DNA from: Candidatus Multivorans sp.
GTDB lineage: Bacteria; Acidobacteriota; Thermoanaerobaculia; Multivoradales; Multivoraceae
Reading direction: 5' to 3'
DNA length: 64,000 nucleotides
Assembly: GCA_965224025.1 (NCBI GenBank)
Contig: OZ245033.1
Location: forward strand, 3,872,001 to 3,936,000
This document shows positions 10,984 through 20,869 of the stretch, piece by piece (position 1 is the first letter of the stretch; every line of letters begins with the position of its first letter). The notes beneath the pieces were generated by a model. It made no database searches. It saw nothing but the letters and a program-made list of their open reading frames with translations, and had not been told where the DNA came from. The translations under genes and the position numbers were made by a program.

Positions 10984-11988
10984 ATGGCCGTCATCCACGA
11001 CATGATCCCCGACTTCGAGCTCTACCAGCCCGAGAACCTGGCCGGTGCGCTCGAAGTCCTCGACCGTCACCGCGACAAGGCCTGGGTTCTCGCCGGCGGG
11101 ATGGACACCTTCGACTGGTTCAAGGACCGGGTGAAGCGTCCCGATGCGGTCGTCGACCTCGGCGGTATCCCGGAGCTGTCCGGGATCAGCGAGACCGACG
11201 GCGGCGTCGAGATCGGGGCGATGACCCCGCTCACCGAGGTCGTCCAGAACGAGTTGATCCGCGAGCGCTACGGCCTCCTCGCCGAGGCGGCCGAGACCGT
11301 CGCCACGCCGCAGATCCGCAACCAGGGCACGCTGGGCGGGAACCTCGTCCAGGACACGCGTTGCTGGTACTACCGGGCCGGCTGGCCGTGCTACCGGGCG
11401 GGCGGCAACATCTGCTACGCGGACACGCCGGAATCGATGAACCGCGAACACTGCATCTTCGACGCGTCGCGTTGCGTCGCGGTCACCCCTTCGGACACCG
11501 CCCCGGCGCTGATCGCCCTCGACGCGGAGATGGTCATCCGCGGCCGTCGCGGCGAGCGGACGGTCGCGGCCGAGGACTTCTTCGTCGGACCGGCCATCGA
11601 CATCACCCGGATGACGGTCCTGCAGCCGAACGAGATCCTCCAGACGGTCCGGATCCCCGACACCTGGGCCGGCGCCGATTTCTACTTCGAGAAGGTCCGC
11701 GACCGGAACGCCTGGGACTTCCCGCTGGTCAACGTCGCCTCGGCGATGCGGATCGAAGACGGCGTGGTCCAGGATTGCCGACTCTCGGTCGGCGCCGTGT
11801 CGCCGGTGCCGCTCCGCATGGACCGCTGCGAGGAACTGCTGCGCGGCCAGACGATCAGCGAGGATGTCGCCACCCGGATCGCCGAACTCGGCGTCATCGG
11901 CGCAGAGCGGCTCCGCCACAACGGCTACAAGGTGCCCCTGATGAGAAACCTGATCCGCCGCGCCATCCGCGGACAGGCGCCGGTCTAG
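10984..11988 (+). CDS. FAD-binding subunit with 4Fe-4S insertion (PaoB/HcrB-like)
   Basis: LAGGMD and IRNQGTLGGN FAD motifs; CWYYR-x4-CYRAGGNIC...C insertion. Confidence 0.9.
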   Translation: MAVIHDMIPDFELYQPENLAGALEVLDRHRDKAWVLAGGMDTFDWFKDRVKRPDAVVDLGGIPELSGISETDGGVEIGAMTPLTEVVQNELIRERYGLLAEAAETVATPQIRNQGTLGGNLVQDTRCWYYRAGWPCYRAGGNICYADTPESMNREHCIFDASRCVAVTPSDTAPALIALDAEMVIRGRRGERTVAAEDFFVGPAIDITRMTVLQPNEILQTVRIPDTWAGADFYFEKVRDRNAWDFPLVNVASAMRIEDGVVQDCRLSVGAVSPVPLRMDRCEELLRGQTISEDVATRIAELGVIGAERLRHNGYKVPLMRNLIRRAIRGQAPV

Positions 11989-11995
11989 ACGCCGC

Positions 11996-12814
11996 ATGCC
12001 GTTCACGGAAAGCGCCACCAACCCTTGGGGACAGGATGTCCTCATCGGGATCGACTGGAGTCTGTTCTGGATCGCGCTCGTCGCCGGCGGCGTCTTCCTG
12101 ATCCTGCACCTGGCGCTGCGGCGCCGGTGGATCGGCGCCGAGAAGAAGGCGGCGGCGAACGCACCGGACGATCCCGGCCTGCCCCAGAAGATCAAGCGTC
12201 ACAGTCTCGCCTCCCGCCTGTTCCACGCTGTGATGGGGATCTCGATGATCCTGCTGCTGATCACGGGCTTCCTGCCCAAGGTCGGCCTGGAGTTCGCGTG
12301 GCTCGAGATCCACTGGATCACCGGTCTGATCCTAACCGCCTCGATCGTCTTCCACCTCATCCACGCCACCTTCTTCCAGAGCCTGCGCAACGTCTGGGTC
12401 GGCATCAAGGATCTGGGCGACATGATCCGCGAGATGCGGAACGCGGTCAGCGGCGGTGAGCCTCCCGCCAAGCCCGGCAAGTACCCGGCGGCGCAGAAGA
12501 TGTTCCACCACGCGGCGACCCTGTTCGGAATGGCCGCCATCGTCACCGGCATCCTGATGATGTGGCGCATCGAGCAGCCGCTTTGGGCGCAGGACGACTA
12601 CAAGTTCTTCGGCGACGCCGGCTGGGGCTGGGTCTACGTCCTCCACGGCGTCGGCGGCGTCGTCCTGGTCACCCTGACCGTGGCCCACGTCTACTTCGCA
12701 ATCCTGCCCGAGAAGCGCTGGCTGACGTGGTCGATGATCCTCGGCTGGATCGACCGCAAGGACTATCTGCGGCACCACGACCCGGCCAAGTGGCCGGTCA
12801 CCGGCGGCAAGTAG
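11996..12814 (+). CDS. Membrane cytochrome b (formate dehydrogenase gamma/Ni-hydrogenase b-type)
   Basis: About five TM helices with heme-ligand His residues (RLFH, EIH...VFH, YPAAQKMFH, VLH...AH). Confidence 0.85.
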   Translation: MPFTESATNPWGQDVLIGIDWSLFWIALVAGGVFLILHLALRRRWIGAEKKAAANAPDDPGLPQKIKRHSLASRLFHAVMGISMILLLITGFLPKVGLEFAWLEIHWITGLILTASIVFHLIHATFFQSLRNVWVGIKDLGDMIREMRNAVSGGEPPAKPGKYPAAQKMFHHAATLFGMAAIVTGILMMWRIEQPLWAQDDYKFFGDAGWGWVYVLHGVGGVVLVTLTVAHVYFAILPEKRWLTWSMILGWIDRKDYLRHHDPAKWPVTGGK

Positions 12815-12867
12815 ACCAGCCACCAGTCCCGATCCCATTGCTTCGCCGCTCGTTAGTATCAGGCGGA

Positions 12868-12886
12868 AGAAGCCCGCAGGGCTTCT
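12868..12886 (+). terminator. Short hairpin after Mo-enzyme operon (possible terminator)
   Basis: AGAAGCCC-GCA-GGGCTTCT, an 8-bp stem with no clear U-tract. Confidence 0.3.
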
Positions 12887-12931
12887 AAGCGAGGAGCAAT
12901 CCTCCACCCACTCCGACTGAGGTATGTGGGG

Positions 12932-14959
12932 ATGCTCAGAACACCCGATCCAGCAGCTTCGGCCGATCATCTCGAACCTGTGACGGAGGCAGCAGCACGC
13001 CGAGTGCGGACTCCGTTCTTCCCGCCCTACGACGAGGTGCGGCACCTCCTTCAAGTGTGGGCCGGGCGGCACCGCAAGCAGGTCACTGGGCTCGAGCGAT
13101 CGCTCATGGCACTGAGAGGCACGCCTCAGGATCCCGTCGACTGGCGCGACCCGGACGCGTGGATCCCGAAGCGCCTCACGGGCGAGGACCGCGAACTGGC
13201 CCACGCCATCTGGAAAGAAAGCGTGGGTCAGGTCAACCCGCGCCACACTTACGGCCATTGGCTGCTAAGTCAGACCTATCAACTCCTTGAGAGCGGCCCG
13301 GATGGGATCTTGGCCTTGACAGAGCGAGGGAGGGCTTTTCTCGACGAGGAAGGCGGTTCCGCGGAAGTGCTTCTGGACGAGCAGGAAGGCATTCTGCACA
13401 TTCTGACTCTCGTCGATGATCTCGGCCCCACGCGACGTGCCGGACTGCTCGAGGACTGGACCGACTACCTGAATCGCTACTCGCGATTCAATGCTCCGTC
13501 GACCTACAGCGACACCCTCCGAAGGCGTCTAACCAACCTGCTTCGGCGAGCGCTCGTACGTCGAGACCGAGCCGAATACTCCATCACCGCCGCCGGCGCC
13601 GACTACCTCTTGCAACAGGGAGGTACGAGAGACCGGAAACAAAGGCAGCGGGAGCCTGTTCCGGACCACGAACTACGCGACGGCGATCGCGATTCAGGTT
13701 CCGCGGAGGCACCGCTGCTGGAAGTACGAGAAGCCGGCCGGGGTGCTCTTGCTCGCTCCACATCGGAGCGTCTTGGAAGAGCGGCCATCCTGCCCGTATC
13801 CGGCCCGTCGCCGCAAAGCGGCCTGCGCCTTGGTCCGCCTCGAGCGGACGAGGATGGCGCAGAGGTCGAGGAGGAGGGGATTGCGGACGACGAGGAACGG
13901 CCGTTCGACCCCGCGAAGATCAAGGTCCGCACCATTCCCATCGTGGTGGATCAGGTCGCCGCGCGACTCAAGTACGGCGAGATCGATTTGGCGCCCGACT
14001 TCCAGCGTCTGCGGGGCATCTGGAAGGCCAGGAACAAGAGCCGGCTGATCGAGTCGCTGCTGCTCCGCATCCCGATTCCCGTCTTCTACGTCGCCGCAGA
14101 CAACGAGGACCATTGGGCGGTGGTCGACGGGGTTCAGCGCATCTCCACGATCACCGACTACATGGACGGCAAGTTCCCGCTCCGGCAGCTCGAGTACCGG
14201 ACCGAGCTGAACGGGAGGCACTTCGCCGACCTTCCGCGCAACATGCAGCGGCGGATCAGCGAGACCCAGCTCACGGTCAACGTGATCGAACCGGGTACGC
14301 CGCCCGAAGTCATGTTCAACATCTTCCGCCGCATCAACACCGGAGGCGAGCCCCTGACCGCTCAGGAGATTCGTCACGCGCTCCACCAGGGCCCGGCTCG
14401 CCCGTTCCTGAAGCGGCTAGCCGAGTCCCAGGCGTTTCTGGAGGCGACGAACGGGAGCATCAGCCCGAGAAGGATGGCCGACCGCGAGTGTGTTCTGCGC
14501 TTCCTGGCATTCCACATCAGGCCGTGGGAGGACTATCGCGCCGACTCCCTGAACGGTTTCCTCGGGGACACGATGCGCCGGATCAATGGGGCCGCCGCGG
14601 ACCAGCGAACGCGCTGGGAGCAGGACTTCGAGAAGGCGATGCGAGCGGCCCGCGCCATATTCCGCGACGACGCCTTCCGCAAACGATACGACCCGCACCA
14701 CAAGAAGTTCCCCGTCAGCAAGCCCCTCTTCGAAGCCTGGAGCGTCACCTTGGCCAGGTGCTCCAGCGACGAGGTCCGCCGTCTGGCCTCGTTGCGGCAC
14801 CCCGTCCGGGATCGGTTCATGGACCTCCTCAACGGGGACTCAGCGTTCGAGCAGGCGGTCTCGCTCTCGACGGACCAGCGACGACGGATCACGAAGCGAT
14901 TCGGCGCGGTCCAGAATGTGGTGCAGGAGGTCCTCCGATGCTCCAACGAATCCGACTGA
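12932..14959 (+). CDS. DUF262 (GmrSD/ParB-like) protein, Menshen NsnA-like, with ~230-aa N-terminal extra module
   Basis: C-half has PDFQR...W...SRLIESLLLRIPIP, VVDGVQR and FRRINTGG DUF262 motifs; the N-half is a separate helical, winged-helix-like module joined by a low-complexity linker. Confidence 0.85.
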   Translation: MLRTPDPAASADHLEPVTEAAARRVRTPFFPPYDEVRHLLQVWAGRHRKQVTGLERSLMALRGTPQDPVDWRDPDAWIPKRLTGEDRELAHAIWKESVGQVNPRHTYGHWLLSQTYQLLESGPDGILALTERGRAFLDEEGGSAEVLLDEQEGILHILTLVDDLGPTRRAGLLEDWTDYLNRYSRFNAPSTYSDTLRRRLTNLLRRALVRRDRAEYSITAAGADYLLQQGGTRDRKQRQREPVPDHELRDGDRDSGSAEAPLLEVREAGRGALARSTSERLGRAAILPVSGPSPQSGLRLGPPRADEDGAEVEEEGIADDEERPFDPAKIKVRTIPIVVDQVAARLKYGEIDLAPDFQRLRGIWKARNKSRLIESLLLRIPIPVFYVAADNEDHWAVVDGVQRISTITDYMDGKFPLRQLEYRTELNGRHFADLPRNMQRRISETQLTVNVIEPGTPPEVMFNIFRRINTGGEPLTAQEIRHALHQGPARPFLKRLAESQAFLEATNGSISPRRMADRECVLRFLAFHIRPWEDYRADSLNGFLGDTMRRINGAAADQRTRWEQDFEKAMRAARAIFRDDAFRKRYDPHHKKFPVSKPLFEAWSVTLARCSSDEVRRLASLRHPVRDRFMDLLNGDSAFEQAVSLSTDQRRRITKRFGAVQNVVQEVLRCSNESD

Positions 14960-16050
14960 CGAACTTCAAGTGCTTCGAGGAGCTTGACCTCCCCTGCGCT
15001 CCCCTCACGCTCCTTTGCGGCCTGAACGGCATGGGCAAGAGCAGCGTGATCCAGGGCCTCCTCGTACTGCGCCAGTCCTTTCGCACTGGCGAGCTGCACC
15101 AGGGTCACCTGGTCCTCGGAGGAACCCTGACCGACCTGGGCGCGGGGTCCGACGTTCTGTTCGAGGACGCGACCAGCGACGTGGTCGGTCTGGAACTGGA
15201 GGACGACCAAGCGGGCGCTTGGCGGGCCGAGTTCGCCAGCGCCGCTGCGAGCGACCAGTTGACCACACCCGAAGGCATGCGCATACCTGAGGTTGCGGAA
15301 GCCTGGACCGACACGCCACCCTTCGGCGGTGGGTTCGCCTACATCCAGGCGGAGCGGCTGGGACCGAGAAAGTCCTACCCGCTGTCCGAAGTCTCTGGCA
15401 GGCGAAGAGATCTCGGCCAACGAGGCGAGTTCGCCTGGAACTACCTCAACGAGCACAGCCGCGAACTTCTTCAAGAGGACGACCCGCGCAGAGGCGGCGA
15501 CAGCCGCCGCCTCTCGGAGGTAGCCGACGCATGGCTTCAAGAAGTCAGCCCCGGCGCACATCTGCTTCTGGACAGCGTCGCGCCAATGGACGCTGTCATG
15601 GCCGGCTTCAGCTTCGACCGCCCGGGCGACGTTGAAAGCGGGCCGCATCGCGCAACAAACGTTGGATTCGGATTGTCCTACGCCCTGCCGGTCATCGTCG
15701 CTCTCCTGCTACCGCCCGGCGCTCTGTGCCTCATCGAGAACCCGGAGGCTCACCTGCACCCTCGCGGCCAGACGAAACTCGCGGAGCTCGCCGTACGCGC
15801 CGCGTTGGCCGGGAATCAGGTCGTCATCGAGACGCACAGCGACCACTTCGTGGACGGCGTCCGCATCGCGGTGCACGACGGTCGGCTGCCGCCATCGGCG
15901 GTCGCCATTCACTACTTCGAGCGTCACGACGGGAGGGTCGCCGTGTCCTCGCCGGCACTTGATGAGGACGGTCGGCTTTCGCATTGGCCCAGCGGCTTCT
16001 TCGATCAGCACGAGGAGAATCTGGCTCGCCTCCTCCAGCCGAGGAGCTGA
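14938..16050 (+). CDS. ABC-type (AAA_15/AAA_21) ATPase with DUF3696, Menshen NsnB-like
   Basis: LTNFKCF, Walker A GLNGMGKSS, NVGFGLSY signature, IENPEAHLHP, ETHSDH, C-terminal WPSGFFDQ (DUF3696); ATG with GGAGG RBS overlapping the upstream gene. Confidence 0.9.
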   Translation: MLQRIRLTNFKCFEELDLPCAPLTLLCGLNGMGKSSVIQGLLVLRQSFRTGELHQGHLVLGGTLTDLGAGSDVLFEDATSDVVGLELEDDQAGAWRAEFASAAASDQLTTPEGMRIPEVAEAWTDTPPFGGGFAYIQAERLGPRKSYPLSEVSGRRRDLGQRGEFAWNYLNEHSRELLQEDDPRRGGDSRRLSEVADAWLQEVSPGAHLLLDSVAPMDAVMAGFSFDRPGDVESGPHRATNVGFGLSYALPVIVALLLPPGALCLIENPEAHLHPRGQTKLAELAVRAALAGNQVVIETHSDHFVDGVRIAVHDGRLPPSAVAIHYFERHDGRVAVSSPALDEDGRLSHWPSGFFDQHEENLARLLQPRS

Positions 16051-16051
16051 C

Positions 16052-17000
16052 GTGCGAGAGATGGTCCTGAACCACGCGAGCCTCAACGGCTCGCGACAGG
16101 AAGCAGTCCGATGGCTCGGGGACGTGGCGCAAGGCATGGCCGCACTCGTCGAAGCGGGCGTCGTCGAAGGGTCCCTACGGACCGTCGCCGCGGCGGCGGA
16201 GCTTCGCTCACCGCGAGGATGGTCGCTCTTCGAGGCGTACCGAGGCCTGGGTCAGGTCGGCATGCGGGACGAGGGCATCTTCCTCTTGCGGCTGACCTCC
16301 AAGGCACCCCTGCTGAGCGCCGTTTCCGAGACGATCAAGAGTCGGTTCCTCGCCTGTGAGGCCCGCGACTGCGAGAGCCGCAGGCTCTCGACCACGGAAG
16401 GAGAGCCTCTCGTCCTTTGCGCCGTCGGTGATGGCGTTGCCGTCAGTTTCCCCTCCGAACCGGTCTGGGACCGAGACTCGCTGACGGTCCGATTCCATGA
16501 GCTGCTTCCCAACGACGAGCTCTTCGAAGCAGCGGAAGACGTCGACAACCTCGCCCGATCCGGTCATGCGCAGCCGATCCTCTACAGACATCGCGCGGGG
16601 CTCGCGGACCGCTGTTCCAGCGGCCGCGAGCTCCGGGCCCATCGCCGGTCCCTCTATCCTCATCTTCGGTTCGGTCCCCGACGTGGAGGCCAACCTGGAG
16701 CGACTGGACTCCGGCCTGTTGTCCGTCGTGCTGAAGAGGCTCGGGCACCTGGACGAGGCCGCTGACCAATGGGAGACAGGGGCCGCGCCGGCTTGGCCGT
16801 GCAAGGTCACGCCGGAGAGCGAGAGCACGATGAACAACCCGAGGTACCGCCGTGCTCGGATCTTCCGTTCCGTTAGCGGTGCCCGCGAGATCTTCGCGTG
16901 GCATGCCCGTTTCGGCGACAGCGGACGCATCCACCTGCGCTTCGAGGCCCGGGAACATATCGTCGAGATCGGCTACATTGGCATGCACCTTCCAATCTGA
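16052..17000 (+). CDS. Putative effector, Menshen NsnC-like; one frameshift at ~16676-16679
   Basis: GTG start after GAGGAG (MREMVLNHAS); removing one C from CCCC gives ...HLRFGP-DVEANL... and a single ~315-aa ORF ending WHARFGDSGRIHLRF...IGYIGMHLPI. Confidence 0.7.
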
Positions 17001-17072
17001 ACGGCCGTTGTCATGGCCTCGTCTGGTTGGGCGTGAGAACTTTGGCGGAAACGCGAAACCGAGAGAACATCT

Positions 17073-17309
17073 TTGGGGATCCAGATCACGATTCGTGATG
17101 TCCCGGAGCAGGTCAGGGACGAACTCGCCGCCCGGGCCGCGCTGCAGCGCAAGTCGATGCAGGAGTTTCTGCGCGGTGAGTTGGAGAGGATCGCGTCGCG
17201 TCCCTCGCTCGAGGTCTGGCTCCAGACCGTCAGGGAACGCAAGGACGCCGCCGGGACCCGCGTAGATGCGGCCACGATCCTCCAGGCCCGCGCCGCGTGC
17301 CGAAAGTAG
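17073..17309 (+). CDS. FitA-like ribbon-helix-helix antitoxin
   Basis: IQITIRDVPEQVRDELAARAA...SMQEFLR RHH pattern. Confidence 0.8.
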   Translation: MGIQITIRDVPEQVRDELAARAALQRKSMQEFLRGELERIASRPSLEVWLQTVRERKDAAGTRVDAATILQARAACRK

Positions 17310-17606
17310 CGCTAGTCCCTCGACGCGTCCGCGTTGCTAGCATCAGGTTGTGGTCGTGGAGCCAGGAAGCGTACGGAACAGCCCATGACTTGCGTCACGG
17401 AAGCGGTCGTTGAAGCAGAACCCTTCGGCCCCAAGCGAAGTCGCCACCAGGAACTCGTCAGGCTCTACCACGCGATCACGGGGTCCGGCGTCTCAACCGA
17501 TGTCCTCGTCTTCTCGCAGGAGGATGTCGACTACTGGCGCGACTCGCTGAACCACGTCCTGGCGCGGGCGCCGCGTGAGGGGAAGGTGCTCTATGAGCGA
17601 CCCTAA
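17310..17606 (+). pseudogene. PIN-toxin 5' remnant fused to 3' half of an MNT nucleotidyltransferase
   Basis: LDASALLA (PIN start motif) right after the antitoxin, followed in frame by an MNT C-half (TDVLVFSQEDVDYWRDSLNHVLARAPREGKVLYE) lacking its GS...DxD N-half. Confidence 0.6.
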
Positions 17607-17713
17607 GTGCGCCCGGATGATGTTGCGCGCGGCCGAACGCGATGTCGAAGCACTCCGGGTCATGGGCGACCCCAACGCAACCTCGGACGAGGTCTTCGGG
17701 TTTCACGTCCAAC
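17593..17713 (+). pseudogene. Truncated HEPN-domain gene
   Basis: MSDPKCARMMLRAAERDVEAL...DEVFGFHVQ breaks off where QQAxEK would follow, abutting the convergent gene's stop. Confidence 0.65.
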
Positions 17714-20700
17714 CTAATCTTCGATCTCAACCTCCGCGGCCCGCCGCCGCTCCGTCCAGACGGTCCGGACCTGGTTCCCCCATCGCAGCGTGTACTCCCC
17801 CACCGGCAGATTGGAAATCGTCTCGCCCACGGCGAAGGCCGAGGCGCCGCCGAACCAGAGCCGCAGCTTTCCAAGGTCCCAGCCGCCAGGGCCGGTGACC
17901 TGCACCGCGGCGGTCGACGGCTCGCCTTCCAGGACGATCGAGGAGTTCGACTCAAACGGGTCGACCTCGACGCCCCGCTCCAGCGCGCGTTCCAGGTCCT
18001 GCCAACCGGCGAGAACCCAGCGTCCGTCCGCCTGACAGGCGACGCGGACGCGATCGGGAAGCGGCGGTGTCAGTTGCGTCCTCGCAACGCCGCCATCGAT
18101 CCGAGCCACCCGCTGCCCGGCCCTTTCCATCTCGATGAAGCAGAACCCACCGCCGCCGCCGCGAATGTGCACGGCGATTTCGTCGTTCGGCGGGTCGTCA
18201 CCAAGCTGGAGTTGCACCGTTTGACGGTCGCTGAAGTCCCGCAGCTCGACATCGACGAAGTCGGACCGCAGCAGGCGGAACCGTGCCCGCAACTGGTACA
18301 CGCCAGGCGCCAGGCCCAGAACCTGGAATCGACCGCCCTGATCGGAGACGACCCAGGACCGCTCGGGGAAGACATCGATCGTCGCTGACTGGACCGTCCG
18401 ACCATCGGGGTCGGTCACGACGCCTTCGATCGACACCCCGCCGTAGTCGAAGTTCAGTGTGACTTCATCGCCCGGTCCGTCCGGGACGGTCACCTCCCGG
18501 AACTCCTGCTGTCCGCCGCCGGGCTCCGACCAACTGACCTCCCAGCCGCCGGGAAGCACTGCGTCCCGGCGGTAGCGGCCTTCGCTGTCCAGACCGACCT
18601 CGAAGGAGTGCGGGCGCCGGGAGAGGGCGCTACTCACAACGGCAATCTGCCCCAGTCCCTCGGAGATGCTCCGATTCTCCGACCACCAGAGTTTGCCGCC
18701 CGCAGGCTGACCCGCCATGGTGACCCGGCCCTGCACGCGCATCGTACGGCGGTTACAGGTGACGACGACATCCCCCTTGCCGTCTTCCTCCGCTCTCTCG
18801 CAAACGGGCTCCCCCCGCTCGTAGACCACCAGGTTGAAGGGGTCGTCGGGCACCGCCTCGACGACTGCTTCACCTTCGATCAACATCCCCTCGATCCGAT
18901 CCCCCGGCAGTCCCTTCAGACCCGGATCGAGTTCCACCCGCCCCCGATCGACATCGGAGCGAACAGTGACCTGCCGACCGCGGGAGAGCTCGATGGTGCC
19001 TGGATCGACCCAATCGACCGCCTCGGCCTCGACCGTGAACTGGCGGGGCGCAAACCCGTCAGCCTCCACGCGCAGGTTCGAAGCGCCCAACTCCAGACCG
19101 TGGAGTTCGAAGTAGCCCTCCTGGTCCGTAGCGACCTCCGCGATATCGCCGATCATGGACGAGAAGACGGGGCCGTACTCCGACGGGCGCAGGTAAGACA
19201 CCGATGCCCCTGACACCGGCGCGTAGTCCTCAGTGACGACATAGCCCGAGACCCAGGCCGACGCCGGCGCCACGATGACCCCAAGGCGACGCACTTCCCG
19301 CGGCGCCCCCCGCACCTCCAAACGGCGGACACCGGTGTTGCCGGCCATGAACTCGAGTTCCCAGACGCCCGGGCGAAGATCGATCGAGAACGAACCGTCA
19401 GGCTCCAGGTTCTTGACTGTGAAGGTGTTGGACATCCGGACCGTCAGACGGCCACGTATGGCAGGCGTCTGCCCATCAGCCGCGACATAGACGCCTTCGA
19501 TGGTGAAAGCCGGCGACAGCGGGATGCCGAACGGCTCCTGCGGCGACCTGCCGACCCCCCGGGGCAGATCGACAACCTCATGTGTGTACCCCTCGGCGCC
19601 GACTCCGATGCGGCGTCCGCCTTGGGTCGATACGGCCACCACGCCGTCGTCGCCAGCGACCGTCATCTCTCCACCGAAGACGTTGACCCGCCCTCTGGCT
19701 ATCGCCGCACCGGTCTCTGCATCGAGCACCCGGATCCACACCCGCTCAAGACGGCCCAGGACGATCCGGCCAAGGTCCACCGAGTCGTCCAGCGTCAGGG
19801 AACGGACGAACTCCAAATCGCCGGCATCCGCGCGCAGAGACACCGCCCCGCGAGGGAACCCGGTCAGCTCGAAGCGTCCGTTCGGACCGGATCGGCTCTC
19901 GTGCCGCTGTCGCAAGCTAAAGCCATCCGGCACCCTGGAGGAACCAAGGACCTGCACCTCGACCGGCTCCCCCGTTTCGTCCACCAGTTGACCGCTGACA
20001 GACAACCCCGCTTCCAGTTCGATCGCCGGAGGCACGCGCTGAAGTTCAAGAAACGCGACAGCCATTCGGTTCGCGCTGGAGACCAGGACCGGCGACTGGT
20101 GTCCAGAGGGCAGGGTGAGGCCAACTCGGCCGTCGCTATCCGAAGACGCGAAGCCGAGCAGTTCCGGCGGGCGCATACCAGCGAGGCTTCCCGGTCGGAC
20201 CAGATGGAATCGGGCAGCCGCGAGCGGTTCGCCATCCGCCGTGATGAGGTGCGAGAAGACAGCCGAGGGCAGCAAAGTCAAGTCAACCGAGTCCTCGTCA
20301 GCCGGCACGTCGAGCCACGTGGACGCCTGTTCCTCCGCAACCGCCTGAACCCGCCAGGGATCGGTGCTACGCGGGAGAGTGAGCGATCCGGATGTCGTCG
20401 TCACCACCGGCAAGAGGGAACGCGGTACATCCCGCCACATTTCGGCCGGCGCGGCAGCGAAACGGAATGAACCGGGTCTTCCCTGAGTCTCAACCGGATC
20501 GCTCCCTGCCGCCGGTTGGACGATCCGCAAACTCAACCAGCTAGTCGACGCCACCGCCGCTTCACAAGTGCCGACCGGATCGTCACCGCGCTGGATACGC
20601 TGCGGGGGACAGGCAGCGCTCCAGGACCAGCAGTGCGTGAGCGGCAGCTCCGCCGCACCGGTCTCGAGACGCTGCCAGAGGCCGTCCGGCCCACCCGGCG

Positions 20701-20869
20701 TTGCTTCGGACGCAAACGCCCGCCGGTTCTCGTCCAGACAGACGAACCGCATGGCCTCGCCGCCTGCAACTGCTTCCTCCTGCCCGACAGCAGGAACCGC
20801 TGAAAGGCAGAGGACCGTGAACAACGCAACGGCGGCCCTTCCGAGCAGGCGAGGAGCGTCATCGGCCAT
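17714..20869 (-). CDS. Large secreted protein with carboxypeptidase-regulatory-like beta-sandwich repeats (paralogue A)
   Basis: Signal peptide (AAVALFTVLCLSAVPAVG); repeated G-x-V-x-D/T-x-x-G-x-P-V...G-x-F-x-L-x-G-L units; ~1050 aa. Confidence 0.8.
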   Translation of the reverse strand: MADDAPRLLGRAAVALFTVLCLSAVPAVGQEEAVAGGEAMRFVCLDENRRAFASEATPGGPDGLWQRLETGAAELPLTHCWSWSAACPPQRIQRGDDPVGTCEAAVASTSWLSLRIVQPAAGSDPVETQGRPGSFRFAAAPAEMWRDVPRSLLPVVTTTSGSLTLPRSTDPWRVQAVAEEQASTWLDVPADEDSVDLTLLPSAVFSHLITADGEPLAAARFHLVRPGSLAGMRPPELLGFASSDSDGRVGLTLPSGHQSPVLVSSANRMAVAFLELQRVPPAIELEAGLSVSGQLVDETGEPVEVQVLGSSRVPDGFSLRQRHESRSGPNGRFELTGFPRGAVSLRADAGDLEFVRSLTLDDSVDLGRIVLGRLERVWIRVLDAETGAAIARGRVNVFGGEMTVAGDDGVVAVSTQGGRRIGVGAEGYTHEVVDLPRGVGRSPQEPFGIPLSPAFTIEGVYVAADGQTPAIRGRLTVRMSNTFTVKNLEPDGSFSIDLRPGVWELEFMAGNTGVRRLEVRGAPREVRRLGVIVAPASAWVSGYVVTEDYAPVSGASVSYLRPSEYGPVFSSMIGDIAEVATDQEGYFELHGLELGASNLRVEADGFAPRQFTVEAEAVDWVDPGTIELSRGRQVTVRSDVDRGRVELDPGLKGLPGDRIEGMLIEGEAVVEAVPDDPFNLVVYERGEPVCERAEEDGKGDVVVTCNRRTMRVQGRVTMAGQPAGGKLWWSENRSISEGLGQIAVVSSALSRRPHSFEVGLDSEGRYRRDAVLPGGWEVSWSEPGGGQQEFREVTVPDGPGDEVTLNFDYGGVSIEGVVTDPDGRTVQSATIDVFPERSWVVSDQGGRFQVLGLAPGVYQLRARFRLLRSDFVDVELRDFSDRQTVQLQLGDDPPNDEIAVHIRGGGGGFCFIEMERAGQRVARIDGGVARTQLTPPLPDRVRVACQADGRWVLAGWQDLERALERGVEVDPFESNSSIVLEGEPSTAAVQVTGPGGWDLGKLRLWFGGASAFAVGETISNLPVGEYTLRWGNQVRTVWTERRRAAEVEIED

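Noticed and set aside
16670-16685. Programmed ribosomal frameshift in the effector gene
   Set aside because: No canonical slippery heptamer, and the same homopolymer-indel pattern occurs in unrelated genes.
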